Of a stretch of 64,000 nt of DNA, positions 49,921 through 59,532 are shown in pieces. The notes under the pieces are model-generated. The model saw nothing but the letters and a program-made list of their open reading frames with translations. It was not told where the DNA came from and ran no database searches. The DNA comes from an uncultured Actinomycetota bacterium (GTDB taxonomy: Bacteria; Actinomycetota; Actinomycetes; Streptomycetales; Catenulisporaceae): the NCBI GenBank assembly GCA_963714445.1, contig CAVQPP010000260.1, positions 9,115 to 73,114 on the forward strand. The letters are read 5' to 3'. Position 1 is the first letter of the stretch, and each line of letters begins with the position of its first letter. Both the position numbers and the translations under genes were made by a program.

Positions 49921-50463
49921 AGCGGCGACTCACCCGTGCTGTCTGGGCCACTGTTCGTGGCCGGGCATCGGTGCAAAAGCTCGGGCTCCCCACACAGGGC
50001 CCGTTTCATCCCAGCCCCACTCCGCATTCTGCGAGTTGCTTATCGCCATCCGAATTTCCCGGTTTCGTGGAGGCTTCAATTCCTGGGATCCAGCCGCTCG
50101 TTCAAGCTGTTTCGAGCGTAGTAGGCGGGTTGATGCCCGGGGACGAAGACCCGGGCTGGGCGGGCACCCCGCACTATCAGGAACACCAGGTTCAGGATTC
50201 CCTGAACTGGAACAACCTGGCCGTCGCCCTCGTAGGAGTACTCTGCCCGGTCATTGAACGCGGAGGCGGCCACGCGGCAGGCGTCGTGGTGTTCCAGCCC
50301 CCGGCGGCCGTCTGGGTCTGCCGGGCCTGTCCGAGGGAGTCGCAGATCTGGGTCGAGGTGACGTAATCCGTGGTCGTCCCGTAGCGGCGAGATGCGACTG
50401 CTTCCGAGCGCACGGCATCACGCCGCCTGCGGAGGGCCACCGGGTCCGTGGGCGCGTGGGACC

Positions 50464-50619
50464 GCGTCGCGGTCCTGCTAAAGATCTACGCCCACCTGCA
50501 TCCTCGGGCAGGCTGACGCCGCAAACAAGCGGGTCACCGACGCCCTCGGAGCCCAGGACACCGGACCCGAGCCTGAACCTGGCGACGAGGGAGATGGCGA
50601 CATCGAGCCAGCATCCTGA
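50464..50619 (+). pseudogene. Diverged duplicate of the 3' end of the 39029-40441 integrase
   Basis: VAVLLKIYAH...GQADAANKRVT...DEGDGDIEPAS-stop matches 40293-40441. Confidence 0.8.
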
Positions 50620-50817
50620 AATGCCAGGTCAGAGGCACCGAGTCAGGCGGACGGTCGGCGTAACCGCTCCCACCGCCCCCGTCCGTGGGTTTTCCGTCCC
50701 TGTCCGTGGACCAAGCCCAGTGTCGGCGGACGCATAGCGGACGACGGCGGCGCGGGACGGAGCCTCGAACGGTGTATGTGCTGGTCAGCGGCGTGCGCCT
50801 CGGCTAGGAGCGACGGG

Positions 50818-50870
50818 CTGTAAAACCGTCGGCTTAGCCTACGTTGGTTCGAACCCAACACCTACCACCA
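50818..50870 (+). other. 3' half of tRNA-Tyr(GTA), attR-like
   Basis: CTGTAAA anticodon loop, long variable arm, GTTGGTTCGAACCCAAC T-arm and ACCA end. No matching 5' acceptor strand or D-arm. Confidence 0.75.
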
Positions 50871-51245
50871 GTGACCACCCGTAGTATCAGCAGGTCAGCG
50901 CCCTGATTCGGAATCTCGTCCCGGCTGGCGCTGCTTGCTGGAGCGAGCGGTCTGCGAAACCGCCGTTCTAGCAGCGAAACTGTGCGCGCGGCGGGTTCTC
51001 GCACGCCGTCTAGGCCTTCTTGCCGACCGGTGCTGCGTTCGCTTAGGCCGTTCTGAGCTGGTAGGAGATCCCACCGGACCGGCTCCGGCTGCACGTTCGA
51101 GCCAATGACACAGGCCACCACAGTATGCGACCGTATGTTCGGCTGATCCCATGATCACGGACATATAGCGGACAGGATCTGGGCATAGCAAGCGGTTCGG
51201 CGAACCGCTTGCTATCGCGGACGGTGACGGTATCCGCCGCCACCA

Positions 51246-51900
51246 TGTGGGGCTCGATTACTGGATTGGGCCTGGCCGGACTGGGGGGCTGGGACCATCG
51301 CTGAGTGATCATTTCGGTCGTGTACCTGCTCGTACGCTGCCTGCTGGGCTGCCTGACGGTGCTGGCCCGGCGGCAGGCGGCCAAGGACGCAGAGCTTCTG
51401 GTGCTGCGGCACGAGAACGCCGTGCTGCGCCGCCAGGTCAGCCGAGTCCGTTACCGGCCAGCCGACCGGCTGTGGCTGGCGGCGCTGTCGCGACTGGTCC
51501 CCGGCGCCAGTGGAGTGAGGTGTTCATGGTGACACCGGCGACGCTGCTCGCCTGGAACCGGCGGCTGATCGCGCGCAAGTGGGATTACACGGGCCGTCGG
51601 CGTCCCGGGCGGCCGTCCACGGCGGCCGCGATCAAGAAGCTCGTGATCCGCATCGCGACGGAGAACCCCGCGTGAGGGCACCGGCGAATGCAAGGAGAGC
51701 TGGTCAGGCTCGGCCACCCGATCGCGGCCTCCACGGTCTGGCAGATCCTGCATGATGCCGGGATCGATCCCGCGCCGCGCTGTACCGGCCCGACCTGGAA
51801 GCAATTCCTCACCGCGCAGGCCCACAGCAACATCGCCGTCAACTTCGTCCACGTGGACACCCGTGCTGCTGCGGCGCGTCTACGCGCTGATCCTGATCGA
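51246..51900 (+). pseudogene. Degraded IS (integrase-core, IS3/IS481-like) transposase
   Basis: ELLVLRHENAVLRRQ, TPATLL, ENP-stop-GHRRMQGEL. Frameshifts and truncation. Confidence 0.75.
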
Positions 51901-51909
51901 CGGCCCCAT

Positions 51910-52400
51910 ACACCCTGTACGCGCGGGCGGCGACCCTGCTGGCGGACGCGCGTGGTGCCAGCACCGCGCATGACATCGGCTTCCGGTTCGGCCCGGTCCC
52001 CGTGTCGGCCACCGGGAAGCCAACCGCCACGTTCGCCGCGGCGTACTCGGGGTCATCCTTAACGTTCAGCTGGTCGGCCCGCGCAGGGCGCTGCTCGTGT
52101 CGATGGACGCCGTGCCCGCGGCGGACACCACGGGCGGCCGGCTCGGCGCGCCCACGATCGTCATCCAGTACACGACCGTCCGCACGTCCCGGTTCCTGGA
52201 ATACGGTGCGCCGCCCCCGTACGCGCAGAGCATGGGGCACGGCACCGCGGTCGTGCTCCGCGACGGCAAGGCCTCCACCGTTACCTGGTCCCGGCGCAAC
52301 GGCAACGTCGGCACTACGTTCACCAGCCCGCGAGGCGAGCGGATGATCTTCGCGAAGGGCCAGGTCCGGGTCCTGCTGACGGCCCGCCCCGGTGAAAGGG
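51910..52400 (+). pseudogene. C-terminal part of a DUF3048-like lipoprotein
   Basis: HDIGFRFG...TIVIQY...GHGTAVVLRDGK...TWSR...GQVRVLL, with no 5' part. Confidence 0.55.
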
Positions 52401-52500
52401 CTGCCTGTCGCATGCCTGTTACATGGCGGGCCGGCGCTTTACGTACTCGTCATGCGGCAGTAAGGCGGCTGACCCTGTCGGCGGAGAGCCTGTGGCTAAT

Positions 52501-52520
52501 TACCTGTCGCTTGACAGGTA
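52501..52520. promoter_or_regulatory. AmtR-type operator CTGTC-N4-GACAG
   Basis: Perfect inverted repeat TACCTGTC-GCTT-GACAGGTA, 26 bp before the operon start. Confidence 0.8.
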
Positions 52521-52546
52521 TTACTCGCCAACGTCCAGGGGCAGCC

Positions 52547-54145
52547 ATGACGTCCACTACTGACATAGACCAGCGGGTCGAGCGCGCCCACCTCGCGGCC
52601 TTCGGCTACCAGCAAGAACTGCACCGCCGGGTCGGCGGCTTCGCCTCGTTCGCGGCGGGGTTCTCCTTCGTCTCGATCCTCACGACCGTCTTCCAGTTGT
52701 TCTTCCTCGGCTACGGGTTCGGCGGGGCCGCGTTCTTCTGGACCTGGCCGATCGTGTTCGGCGGCCAGTTGCTCGTCGCGCTTAACTTCTCCACGCTCGC
52801 CGCACGGTTCCCGATCTCCGGTGCGATCTTCCAGTGGTCGTCCCGCCTGGCGGGCTCGACGTTCGGCTGGTTCACCGGCTGGGTCATGATCATCGGGCAG
52901 ATCCTGACCGTCGCGGCGGCCGCGATCGCCTTGCAGGCCGTGCTGCCGTCCATCTGGACCGGCTTCCAGGTCGTCGGCGGCTCGGCCGCGAACTCGTCCC
53001 CGACGAGCCCGACGGGCGCGCAAAACGCCGTCATCCTCGGCGTGATCCTGCTGGCGATCACCACCACGATCAACGTCATCGGCATCCGGCTGATGTCGAT
53101 CGTCAACAGCACCGGCGTCGTGCTGGAGCTCCTCGGCGTGACCGCGATCATCATCACGCTGTTCGCCCACGCCAAGCGGGGTCCCGCCGTCCTGGTCGAC
53201 ACGACCGGCGCGGCCCCGACTCCGGGCTCGCCGTACATATGGGCCTTCCTCGCCTCCGGGCTTATGGCGGCCTACGTGATGGTCGGCTTCGACTCCGCGG
53301 GCGAGCTGTCGGAGGAGACTCATGCGCCCCGCAACCTCACCCCGCGCACCATCATCCGGGCGCTGGCGGTCTCCGGCGTCGGCGGTGCGCTGCTGCTGAT
53401 CAGCGCGCTCATGGCCGCGCCGAGCCTCACCGACGGGAACCTCGCGACCGTCGGCATGCCATACGTGGTCGAGTCCGCCTTCGGCTTGGTCGCCGGGCGG
53501 ATCATGCTGGTTGACGTCGTAATCGCGATCTGCGTCTGCACGCTCGCCTGCCAGACCTCTGGATCCCGGATGATGTTCTCGATGGCCCGGCAGCGCGCGC
53601 TGCCGTGCCACCGGATCCTCGGCCGGGTGGACCCGCGCACCGGCACGCCGATCGTCACCTCGATCGTCGTTGGCGCCGGCGCGGCGATCGCCCTGATCGT
53701 CAACCTTCCGCAGCCGGCCGTCTTCACCGCCCTGTCCAGCCTGTGCATCGCGATGCTCTACCTCGGCTATCTGGGCGTGACCGGGCCGCTGCTGCTGCAC
53801 CGCATCCGGGCCGCCCGCGGTCACGGTTCAGCCGCCACCGCCGAGGGGGTGGACGAGCACGGCAAGAGACTTTTCTCCCTCGGCAAGTGGGGAATCCCGG
53901 TCACCGTCATCGCCGTGGTCTACCAGGTACTGGCTGTCATCAACCTAATCTGGCCGCGCAAATCGGTCTACGACCTGACCGGGCACACGTGGTGGCTGCA
54001 GTGGAGCGCGCCGCTGTTCATCGGCCTCACGCTCGTCATCGGCTACCTCGCCCACCAGCGGCTGCGGACGGGGACCGCGACGATCGAGGACGCCCGGCTG
54101 GCCCCCGTCCTCGCCGCGGAAGTCGCCGAGGAAGGGGCCGCGTAA
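52547..54145 (+). CDS. APC-family permease of the urea carboxylase system
   Basis: FGYQQELHR...SFAAGFSFVSILT, GFDSAGELSEET, about 12 hydrophobic segments. Confidence 0.9.
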   Translation: MTSTTDIDQRVERAHLAAFGYQQELHRRVGGFASFAAGFSFVSILTTVFQLFFLGYGFGGAAFFWTWPIVFGGQLLVALNFSTLAARFPISGAIFQWSSRLAGSTFGWFTGWVMIIGQILTVAAAAIALQAVLPSIWTGFQVVGGSAANSSPTSPTGAQNAVILGVILLAITTTINVIGIRLMSIVNSTGVVLELLGVTAIIITLFAHAKRGPAVLVDTTGAAPTPGSPYIWAFLASGLMAAYVMVGFDSAGELSEETHAPRNLTPRTIIRALAVSGVGGALLLISALMAAPSLTDGNLATVGMPYVVESAFGLVAGRIMLVDVVIAICVCTLACQTSGSRMMFSMARQRALPCHRILGRVDPRTGTPIVTSIVVGAGAAIALIVNLPQPAVFTALSSLCIAMLYLGYLGVTGPLLLHRIRAARGHGSAATAEGVDEHGKRLFSLGKWGIPVTVIAVVYQVLAVINLIWPRKSVYDLTGHTWWLQWSAPLFIGLTLVIGYLAHQRLRTGTATIEDARLAPVLAAEVAEEGAA

Positions 54146-54149
54146 GACC

Positions 54150-54997
54150 ATGGCCGCCATAGCTGACTCCCGCGAGACCGGCACCGTCCTCGCCGCCCGC
54201 GCCGACGCGCGGGCGCAGGGCGCCAAGGTCGCCGACGCGATGCCCTACCTGCCCGCGAGCAGCACACCGTACCCGCCGCCGGGCGCGGCTCCCGCGGACC
54301 TCACGTGGGCGGAGACCGTCGCCGGCGGCAACTACACGCACAAGGTGCTCGCCCGCGGCACCCGGATCCAGCTGGCGGACGTCACCGGTGAGGCGTGCGC
54401 GCACGTCCTCCTCTACAACGCGCTCGAGCCGTGGGAGCGGCTGAACGTCGCCGACACCTTGAAGATCCCGTGGCAGGCCTACCTGCGCGCCGGGCACCCG
54501 CTGCTGTCCGGCGACGGCCGGGTGCTCGCCACGGTCGTCGCCGACGACTCGGGCATGCATGACGCCCTGTGCGGGACGAGCACCCCGCGGGCGAACCAGG
54601 CCAGGTACGGCGACTCGGCCCCGCAAGGGCCATCGCCGTCGGGCCGGGAGCTGTTCACTCTGGCCGCCGCCAAGCACGGCCTCGGGCCGCGCGACCTGCC
54701 GCCCTCGGTGTCGTTCTTCAAGGGCGCCTGGGTCGAGCCCGACGGCGCCCTCACCTTCACCGGCTCCGCCTGCCGGGCAAGGCCGTTGAACTGCTCGCCG
54801 AGCTGCCGCTGATCATCCTCATCGCGAACGTCCCGCACCCGGTTGACCCCCGGCCGGACTATACGTGCGGGCTGCTGCGCATCCACGCCTGGAGGTCCCG
54901 CCCGACTGGCCCGCACGACCCGCGCTGGGACGCCACCCCCGAGGCCCGCCGCTACTACCTCAACACCGCTGACTACGCCACCGCGAGGGGACTGTAG
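54150..54997 (+). CDS. DUF1989 urea-carboxylase-associated protein (carboxyguanidine deiminase-like subunit), frameshift near 54771
   Basis: ERLNVADTLK, HDALCG. Continues in another frame as PGKAVELLAELP...NVPHPVDPRP. Confidence 0.8.
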
Positions 54998-55003
54998 AAA
55001 ACG

Positions 55004-55735
55004 ATGCCGGAGATAACCGACAGCGCCTGCCAGGTCCCGGGCTGCCCGGCGGACCTCGCCGTGGTCCTAGACCCCGCCCGGTACGCCGAGGGCACCATCC
55101 TCGATCTCGCCGGGCCCCTGGCCGCCGGGAAGATCGTTCTCGATGAGGTCGTCCCAGCCCGCGGCCCCTGGTCCGCCGTCGTGCAGAAGGGCAACGTCCT
55201 CACGATCGTGGATGTCGGCGGCAACCAGTCCGGCGACTGCCTGCTCTACAACGCCCACGACACCAGCGAGCGCTACAACGTGCCCGACACGATCGCCTGG
55301 GGCGGCAACGTCTACGTCCGCACCGGCACCGTGCTGCGCTCCTGCCTCGGCAACCCGCTCGCCACGGTCGTCTCCAACGAGATCGACCGGCAAGACACGA
55401 TCGGCGGCGCGTGCGGCAAGGAGTCCAACACCCTCAGGTACGGCCACCACACCAGCTCCGAGCACGGCTGCCGGGAGAACTTCCTCGCCGAGGCGAGCAA
55501 GTACGGAATGGGCGCCCGCGACGTCGTGTCCAACCTCAACTGGTTCATGAACGTCCCCATCGAGGCTGACGGCACCCTCGGCATCGTGGACGGCATCTCG
55601 GGTCCGGGCAAGCGGGTGGCGTTCCGCGCCGAGATGGACATCCTCGTGCTCGTCTCCAACTGCCCGCAGATGAACAACCCGTGCAACGACTTCAACCCGA
55701 CCCCGCTGCGCATGATCGTCACGGAGCCCGCGTGA
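55004..55735 (+). CDS. Second DUF1989 subunit
   Basis: GNQSGD, DTIGGAC, CRENF, SNCPQMNNPCN. Confidence 0.9.
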   Translation: MPEITDSACQVPGCPADLAVVLDPARYAEGTILDLAGPLAAGKIVLDEVVPARGPWSAVVQKGNVLTIVDVGGNQSGDCLLYNAHDTSERYNVPDTIAWGGNVYVRTGTVLRSCLGNPLATVVSNEIDRQDTIGGACGKESNTLRYGHHTSSEHGCRENFLAEASKYGMGARDVVSNLNWFMNVPIEADGTLGIVDGISGPGKRVAFRAEMDILVLVSNCPQMNNPCNDFNPTPLRMIVTEPA

Positions 55736-58700
55736 GCCAGTGGGCCTTCGACACCGTCCTCATCGCCAACCGGGGCGAGATCGCCCGCCGCGTCATCCGG
55801 ACCGCGCGCCGCCTGTCCTTGCGGACCGTCGCGGTCTACTCCGAGGCCGACATCGCCGCCCCGCACGTCCGGGAGGCCGACGAGGCCATCTGCATCGGGC
55901 CGCCCCCGCCGCAGTCCTCGTACCTGAACGTCCCTGCCATCCTCGCCGCGGCCAAGCTCACCGGGGCAGGCGCGATCCACCCAGGGTACGGTTTCCTCTC
56001 CGAGAACGCGGGATTCGCGCGGCAGGTGGAGGAGGCGGGCATCGCGTTCGTCGGCCCAGCGCCCGGACAACTGGAAGCGTTTGGCGAGAAGCACACCGCC
56101 AGGTCGCTTGCCCGCGCCGTCGGCGTGCCCATGATGCCCGGCACCGGGCTGCTGTCGTCGGCCAGCGAGGCGGTCGCCGCGGCGGCCGAGATCGGCTTCC
56201 CTGTCATGGTGAAGGCGACCGGCGGCGGGGGCGGCATCGGCATGCTCGCCTGCTTCTCCGCCGATGAAGTCGCCGAGGCGTTCGCTCAGGTGGAGCGTCT
56301 GGCAGCGGCGTATTTCGGGGGGCCGACAGGGGGGTCGTCCCCCCGGCGCCAGCAGAGCGGGGTGACCGGGGTCTTCCTGGAGCGGCTGGTGCGGCCGGCC
56401 CGGCACGTGGAGGTCCAGGTATTCGGCGACGGTACTGGGAACATCGCGGTCCTCGGCGACCGGGACTGCTCGCTACAGCGGCGCAACCAGAAGGTCATCG
56501 AGGAAGCGCCCGCGCCCGGCCTGCCGTCGGCGTTGCGCGGCCGGCTCCACATGGCGGCGCGGGACCTGGCGGCGTCTGTCGGCTACCGCTCGGCGGGCAC
56601 CGTGGAGTTCGTCTACGATCCCGCGGCGCAAGAGGCGTCGTTCCTTGAGGTGAACGCGCGGCTGCAGGTGGAGCACCCGGTGACCGAGATGACCTTTGGC
56701 GTCGACCTGGTCGAGCAGATGCTCTGGCTCGCCCGCCAGGGACCCGCGGGCGTCGCCGAGTTCATGGCGCGGCGGCACGTGCCGCGCGGGCACGCGGTCG
56801 AGGCCCGCGTCTACGCCGAGGACCCGAACAAGGGCGGCCAGCCCAGCCCCGGCCTCGTCACCGAGGCCCGGTTCCATGCTGTCGGGCCGCAGGTCCGCGT
56901 TGACGCCGGGATCGAGACCGGGCTGGAGGTCTCGCCGCACTACGACCCGATGCTCGCCAAGGTCATCGCGCACGCGGGCACCCGTGACGCGGCGCTGGAC
57001 GCACTGCGTGGCGCGCTCGCGCAGACTCGCGTTGCGGGCGTTACCACGAACCTCGGACTGCTGCGCGCGGTGCTCGGCCGCCTCGACGTCCGTGCGGCGG
57101 AGCACTGCACGTCCACCCTGGAGGGCGTCACCGACCCCGAGCCGAGGATCGAGGTGCTGGTGGCGGGCGCGCTCACGACCGTGCAGGACTGGCCGGGCCG
57201 GCTCGGCTACTGGCAGGTCGGCGTCCCGCCGAGTGGCCCGATGGACGAGGTCTCGCTGCGCGAGGCGAACCTCGCCGTCAGCAACCCCGAAGGGGCGCCG
57301 GCGCTGGAGTGCACCGCGACCGGCCCCACGCTGCGCTTCTCCGCCGCCACGACCTGCTGCCTCGCCGGTGCCATCTCCCGCGCCGACCTCGACGGCCAGC
57401 CGGTTCCCTGCTGGGCGGCGTTCACCGTGCCGGCCGGCGCGACCCTCACGATCGGCGCGATCCCCGGCCCTGGCCTGCGCACCTACCTCGCCGTGCGCGG
57501 GGGCTTCGACGTCCCGACCTACCTCGGCAGCGCGTTGACGTTCACGCTGGGTCGCTTCGGCGGCCACGCCGGCCGCGCGCTGCGAGCCGGCGACGTGCTC
57601 TCTACCCCCGGGAGTACGACCCCCCTGTTGACCCCACGGCAAAGGGGCGGAGACCCCCCGTTCACCCCCCTCCCCGGGGGAACCGGCACAGACCGCCGGC
57701 CCCCGGGCACCCCACCTACCGGGCTAGGGGGACCCACCCCGCCAGAGCGGCGGCCCGCGATCGTCTCCGAGTGGGAGATCGGGGTCACCGAGGGGCCACA
57801 CGCGGCACCGGAGTTCTTCACCCGCGCGGACATCGATGAGCTGTATGCCAGCACGTACACGGTGCACCACAACTCGGCGCGCACCGGGGTGCGCCTCATC
57901 GGTCCGCGCCCGTCGTGGGCACGGGAGGACGGGGGCGAGGCGGGCCTGCACCCGTCCAACATCCACGACGTGCCCTACGCCGTGGGCGCGCTCGACTTCA
58001 CCGGCGACACCCCGATCATCCTCGGCCCCGACGGGCCGAGTCTCGGCGGCTTCGTCTGCCCGGCTGTCGTCGCGAGTGGCGAGCTGTGGAAGGTCGGCCA
58101 GCTCCGCCCCGGCGACACGGTCCGGTTCGTCCCGGTGCGCGAGGCGGACGCCGCCGCGCTGCGCGACCGCCGCGCCGTGCCCACGCTCGTCCGCACCGGA
58201 GGCGACGGCGACGACGGCATCCTGGCCAGGCGGGACGCCGGGGACGGCACCCCCCGGGTTGTCTACCGACGGGACGGCGACGACAACGTCATCGTCGAGT
58301 ACGGCGAGCAGGTCCTCGACCTGGGCCTGCGGATGCGGGTGCACGCGCTTCAATCGGCTCTTGAGGATGCAGGCCTTGCCGGGGTCGTCGACCTCACGCC
58401 GGGCATCCGCTCGCTGCAGGTCCACACCGACGCCTGGGGGTCTGGGGGCACGGCCCTGCGGGCCAGCTCGCTCATCCCGTTGCTGGCGCGGATCGAGGAC
58501 GAGCTGCCGCCCGCCCACGAGCTGCGGGTCCCGTCGCGGACGGTGCGGCTGCCGCTATCGTGGGATGACCCGGCAACCCGGCTCGCGATCGAGCGGTACA
58601 TGAACAGTGTCCGCTCCGACGCTCCGTGGACGCCGTGGAACATCGAGTTCATCCGCCGGGTCAATGGCCTTTCCACCGTCGCGGACGTCAGGCGGATCGT

Positions 58701-59532
58701 CTACAGTGCGAAGTACTTCGTCCTCGGCCTCGGCGACGTGTACCTCGGCGCGCCGGTCGCCACCCCGGTTGACCCGAGGCACCGGCTCGTCACCACCAAG
58801 TACAACCCGGCGCGCACCTGGACAGCGGAGAACTCCGTCGGTATCGGCGGCGCGTACCTGTGCATCTACGGCATTGAGGGGCCGGGCGGCTACCAGTTCG
58901 TCGGCCGCACAACCCAGGTCTGGAACCGCTTCCGCAATGGCGAGTCTGGCAGGCACAGGGGAGCGTTCGCCGAGCGCCCGTGGTCGCTGCGGTTCTTCGA
59001 CCAGATCGAGTGGTACCCGGTCAGCGCCGAGAAGCTGCTGGACCTGCGCGCGGAGACCGAGGCCGGGCGCGGGCATGCCGAGGTGACCGAGGGCTGGTTT
59101 GACTATGGTGCCTACACCCGATTCCTGGCCGAGAACGCCGCCTCGATTGAGGGGTTCCGGGAGCGGCAGGGAAGGGCGTTCGGGGCGGAGAAGGAGCGGT
59201 GGCGGGCCGCTGGCGAGTTCGACCGGGCGGACCGCGAGCAGGGGCCCGGTCCCGCCGCGCTGGCCGAGGTCGCCGTCCCAGCCGGGGCCACGACGGTCAC
59301 AGCGCCGTTCACCGCGAGCGTCTGGCAGGTCGAGGCTCGCCCTGGGGCGCGGATCAGGCGCGGGGACAAGCTGCTGTCGCTGGAGGCGATGAAGATGGAG
59401 ACCGTCCTGGTCGCGCCGCACGACGGCACCGTGGCGGAGGTCTACACGGCCGTCGGCACCCAGGTCGAGCCCGGCCAGGTGCTGGTCGCGCTCGTCCCGG
59501 ACGCGCCGCTGGCGGACGGGGCGGCCGCATGA
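55732..59532 (+). CDS. uca: Urea/guanidine carboxylase
   Basis: LIANRGEIA biotin carboxylase domain, carboxyltransferase domains (GLHPSN, TTKYNPART, GPGGYQ), EAMKME biotinyl motif. Confidence 0.95.
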   Translation: MSQWAFDTVLIANRGEIARRVIRTARRLSLRTVAVYSEADIAAPHVREADEAICIGPPPPQSSYLNVPAILAAAKLTGAGAIHPGYGFLSENAGFARQVEEAGIAFVGPAPGQLEAFGEKHTARSLARAVGVPMMPGTGLLSSASEAVAAAAEIGFPVMVKATGGGGGIGMLACFSADEVAEAFAQVERLAAAYFGGPTGGSSPRRQQSGVTGVFLERLVRPARHVEVQVFGDGTGNIAVLGDRDCSLQRRNQKVIEEAPAPGLPSALRGRLHMAARDLAASVGYRSAGTVEFVYDPAAQEASFLEVNARLQVEHPVTEMTFGVDLVEQMLWLARQGPAGVAEFMARRHVPRGHAVEARVYAEDPNKGGQPSPGLVTEARFHAVGPQVRVDAGIETGLEVSPHYDPMLAKVIAHAGTRDAALDALRGALAQTRVAGVTTNLGLLRAVLGRLDVRAAEHCTSTLEGVTDPEPRIEVLVAGALTTVQDWPGRLGYWQVGVPPSGPMDEVSLREANLAVSNPEGAPALECTATGPTLRFSAATTCCLAGAISRADLDGQPVPCWAAFTVPAGATLTIGAIPGPGLRTYLAVRGGFDVPTYLGSALTFTLGRFGGHAGRALRAGDVLSTPGSTTPLLTPRQRGGDPPFTPLPGGTGTDRRPPGTPPTGLGGPTPPERRPAIVSEWEIGVTEGPHAAPEFFTRADIDELYASTYTVHHNSARTGVRLIGPRPSWAREDGGEAGLHPSNIHDVPYAVGALDFTGDTPIILGPDGPSLGGFVCPAVVASGELWKVGQLRPGDTVRFVPVREADAAALRDRRAVPTLVRTGGDGDDGILARRDAGDGTPRVVYRRDGDDNVIVEYGEQVLDLGLRMRVHALQSALEDAGLAGVVDLTPGIRSLQVHTDAWGSGGTALRASSLIPLLARIEDELPPAHELRVPSRTVRLPLSWDDPATRLAIERYMNSVRSDAPWTPWNIEFIRRVNGLSTVADVRRIVYSAKYFVLGLGDVYLGAPVATPVDPRHRLVTTKYNPARTWTAENSVGIGGAYLCIYGIEGPGGYQFVGRTTQVWNRFRNGESGRHRGAFAERPWSLRFFDQIEWYPVSAEKLLDLRAETEAGRGHAEVTEGWFDYGAYTRFLAENAASIEGFRERQGRAFGAEKERWRAAGEFDRADREQGPGPAALAEVAVPAGATTVTAPFTASVWQVEARPGARIRRGDKLLSLEAMKMETVLVAPHDGTVAEVYTAVGTQVEPGQVLVALVPDAPLADGAAA

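Noticed and set aside
40488-50583. 14-bp direct repeat GAGCCTGAACCTGG as module boundary
   Set aside because: Several exact matches of this length are expected by chance in 64 kb, and the second copy lies inside the integrase remnant.
50790-50870. Intact tRNA-Tyr gene
   Set aside because: The 5' acceptor strand and D-arm are missing, so it is treated as an att fragment.
52400-52546. Guanidine riboswitch
   Set aside because: Class I, II and III hallmark sequences were not found by eye. An operator palindrome explains the region.
52097-52546. N-terminal extension of the permease ORF
   Set aside because: Chance in-frame read-through from the DUF3048-like remnant across the promoter. The likely start is ATG 52547.
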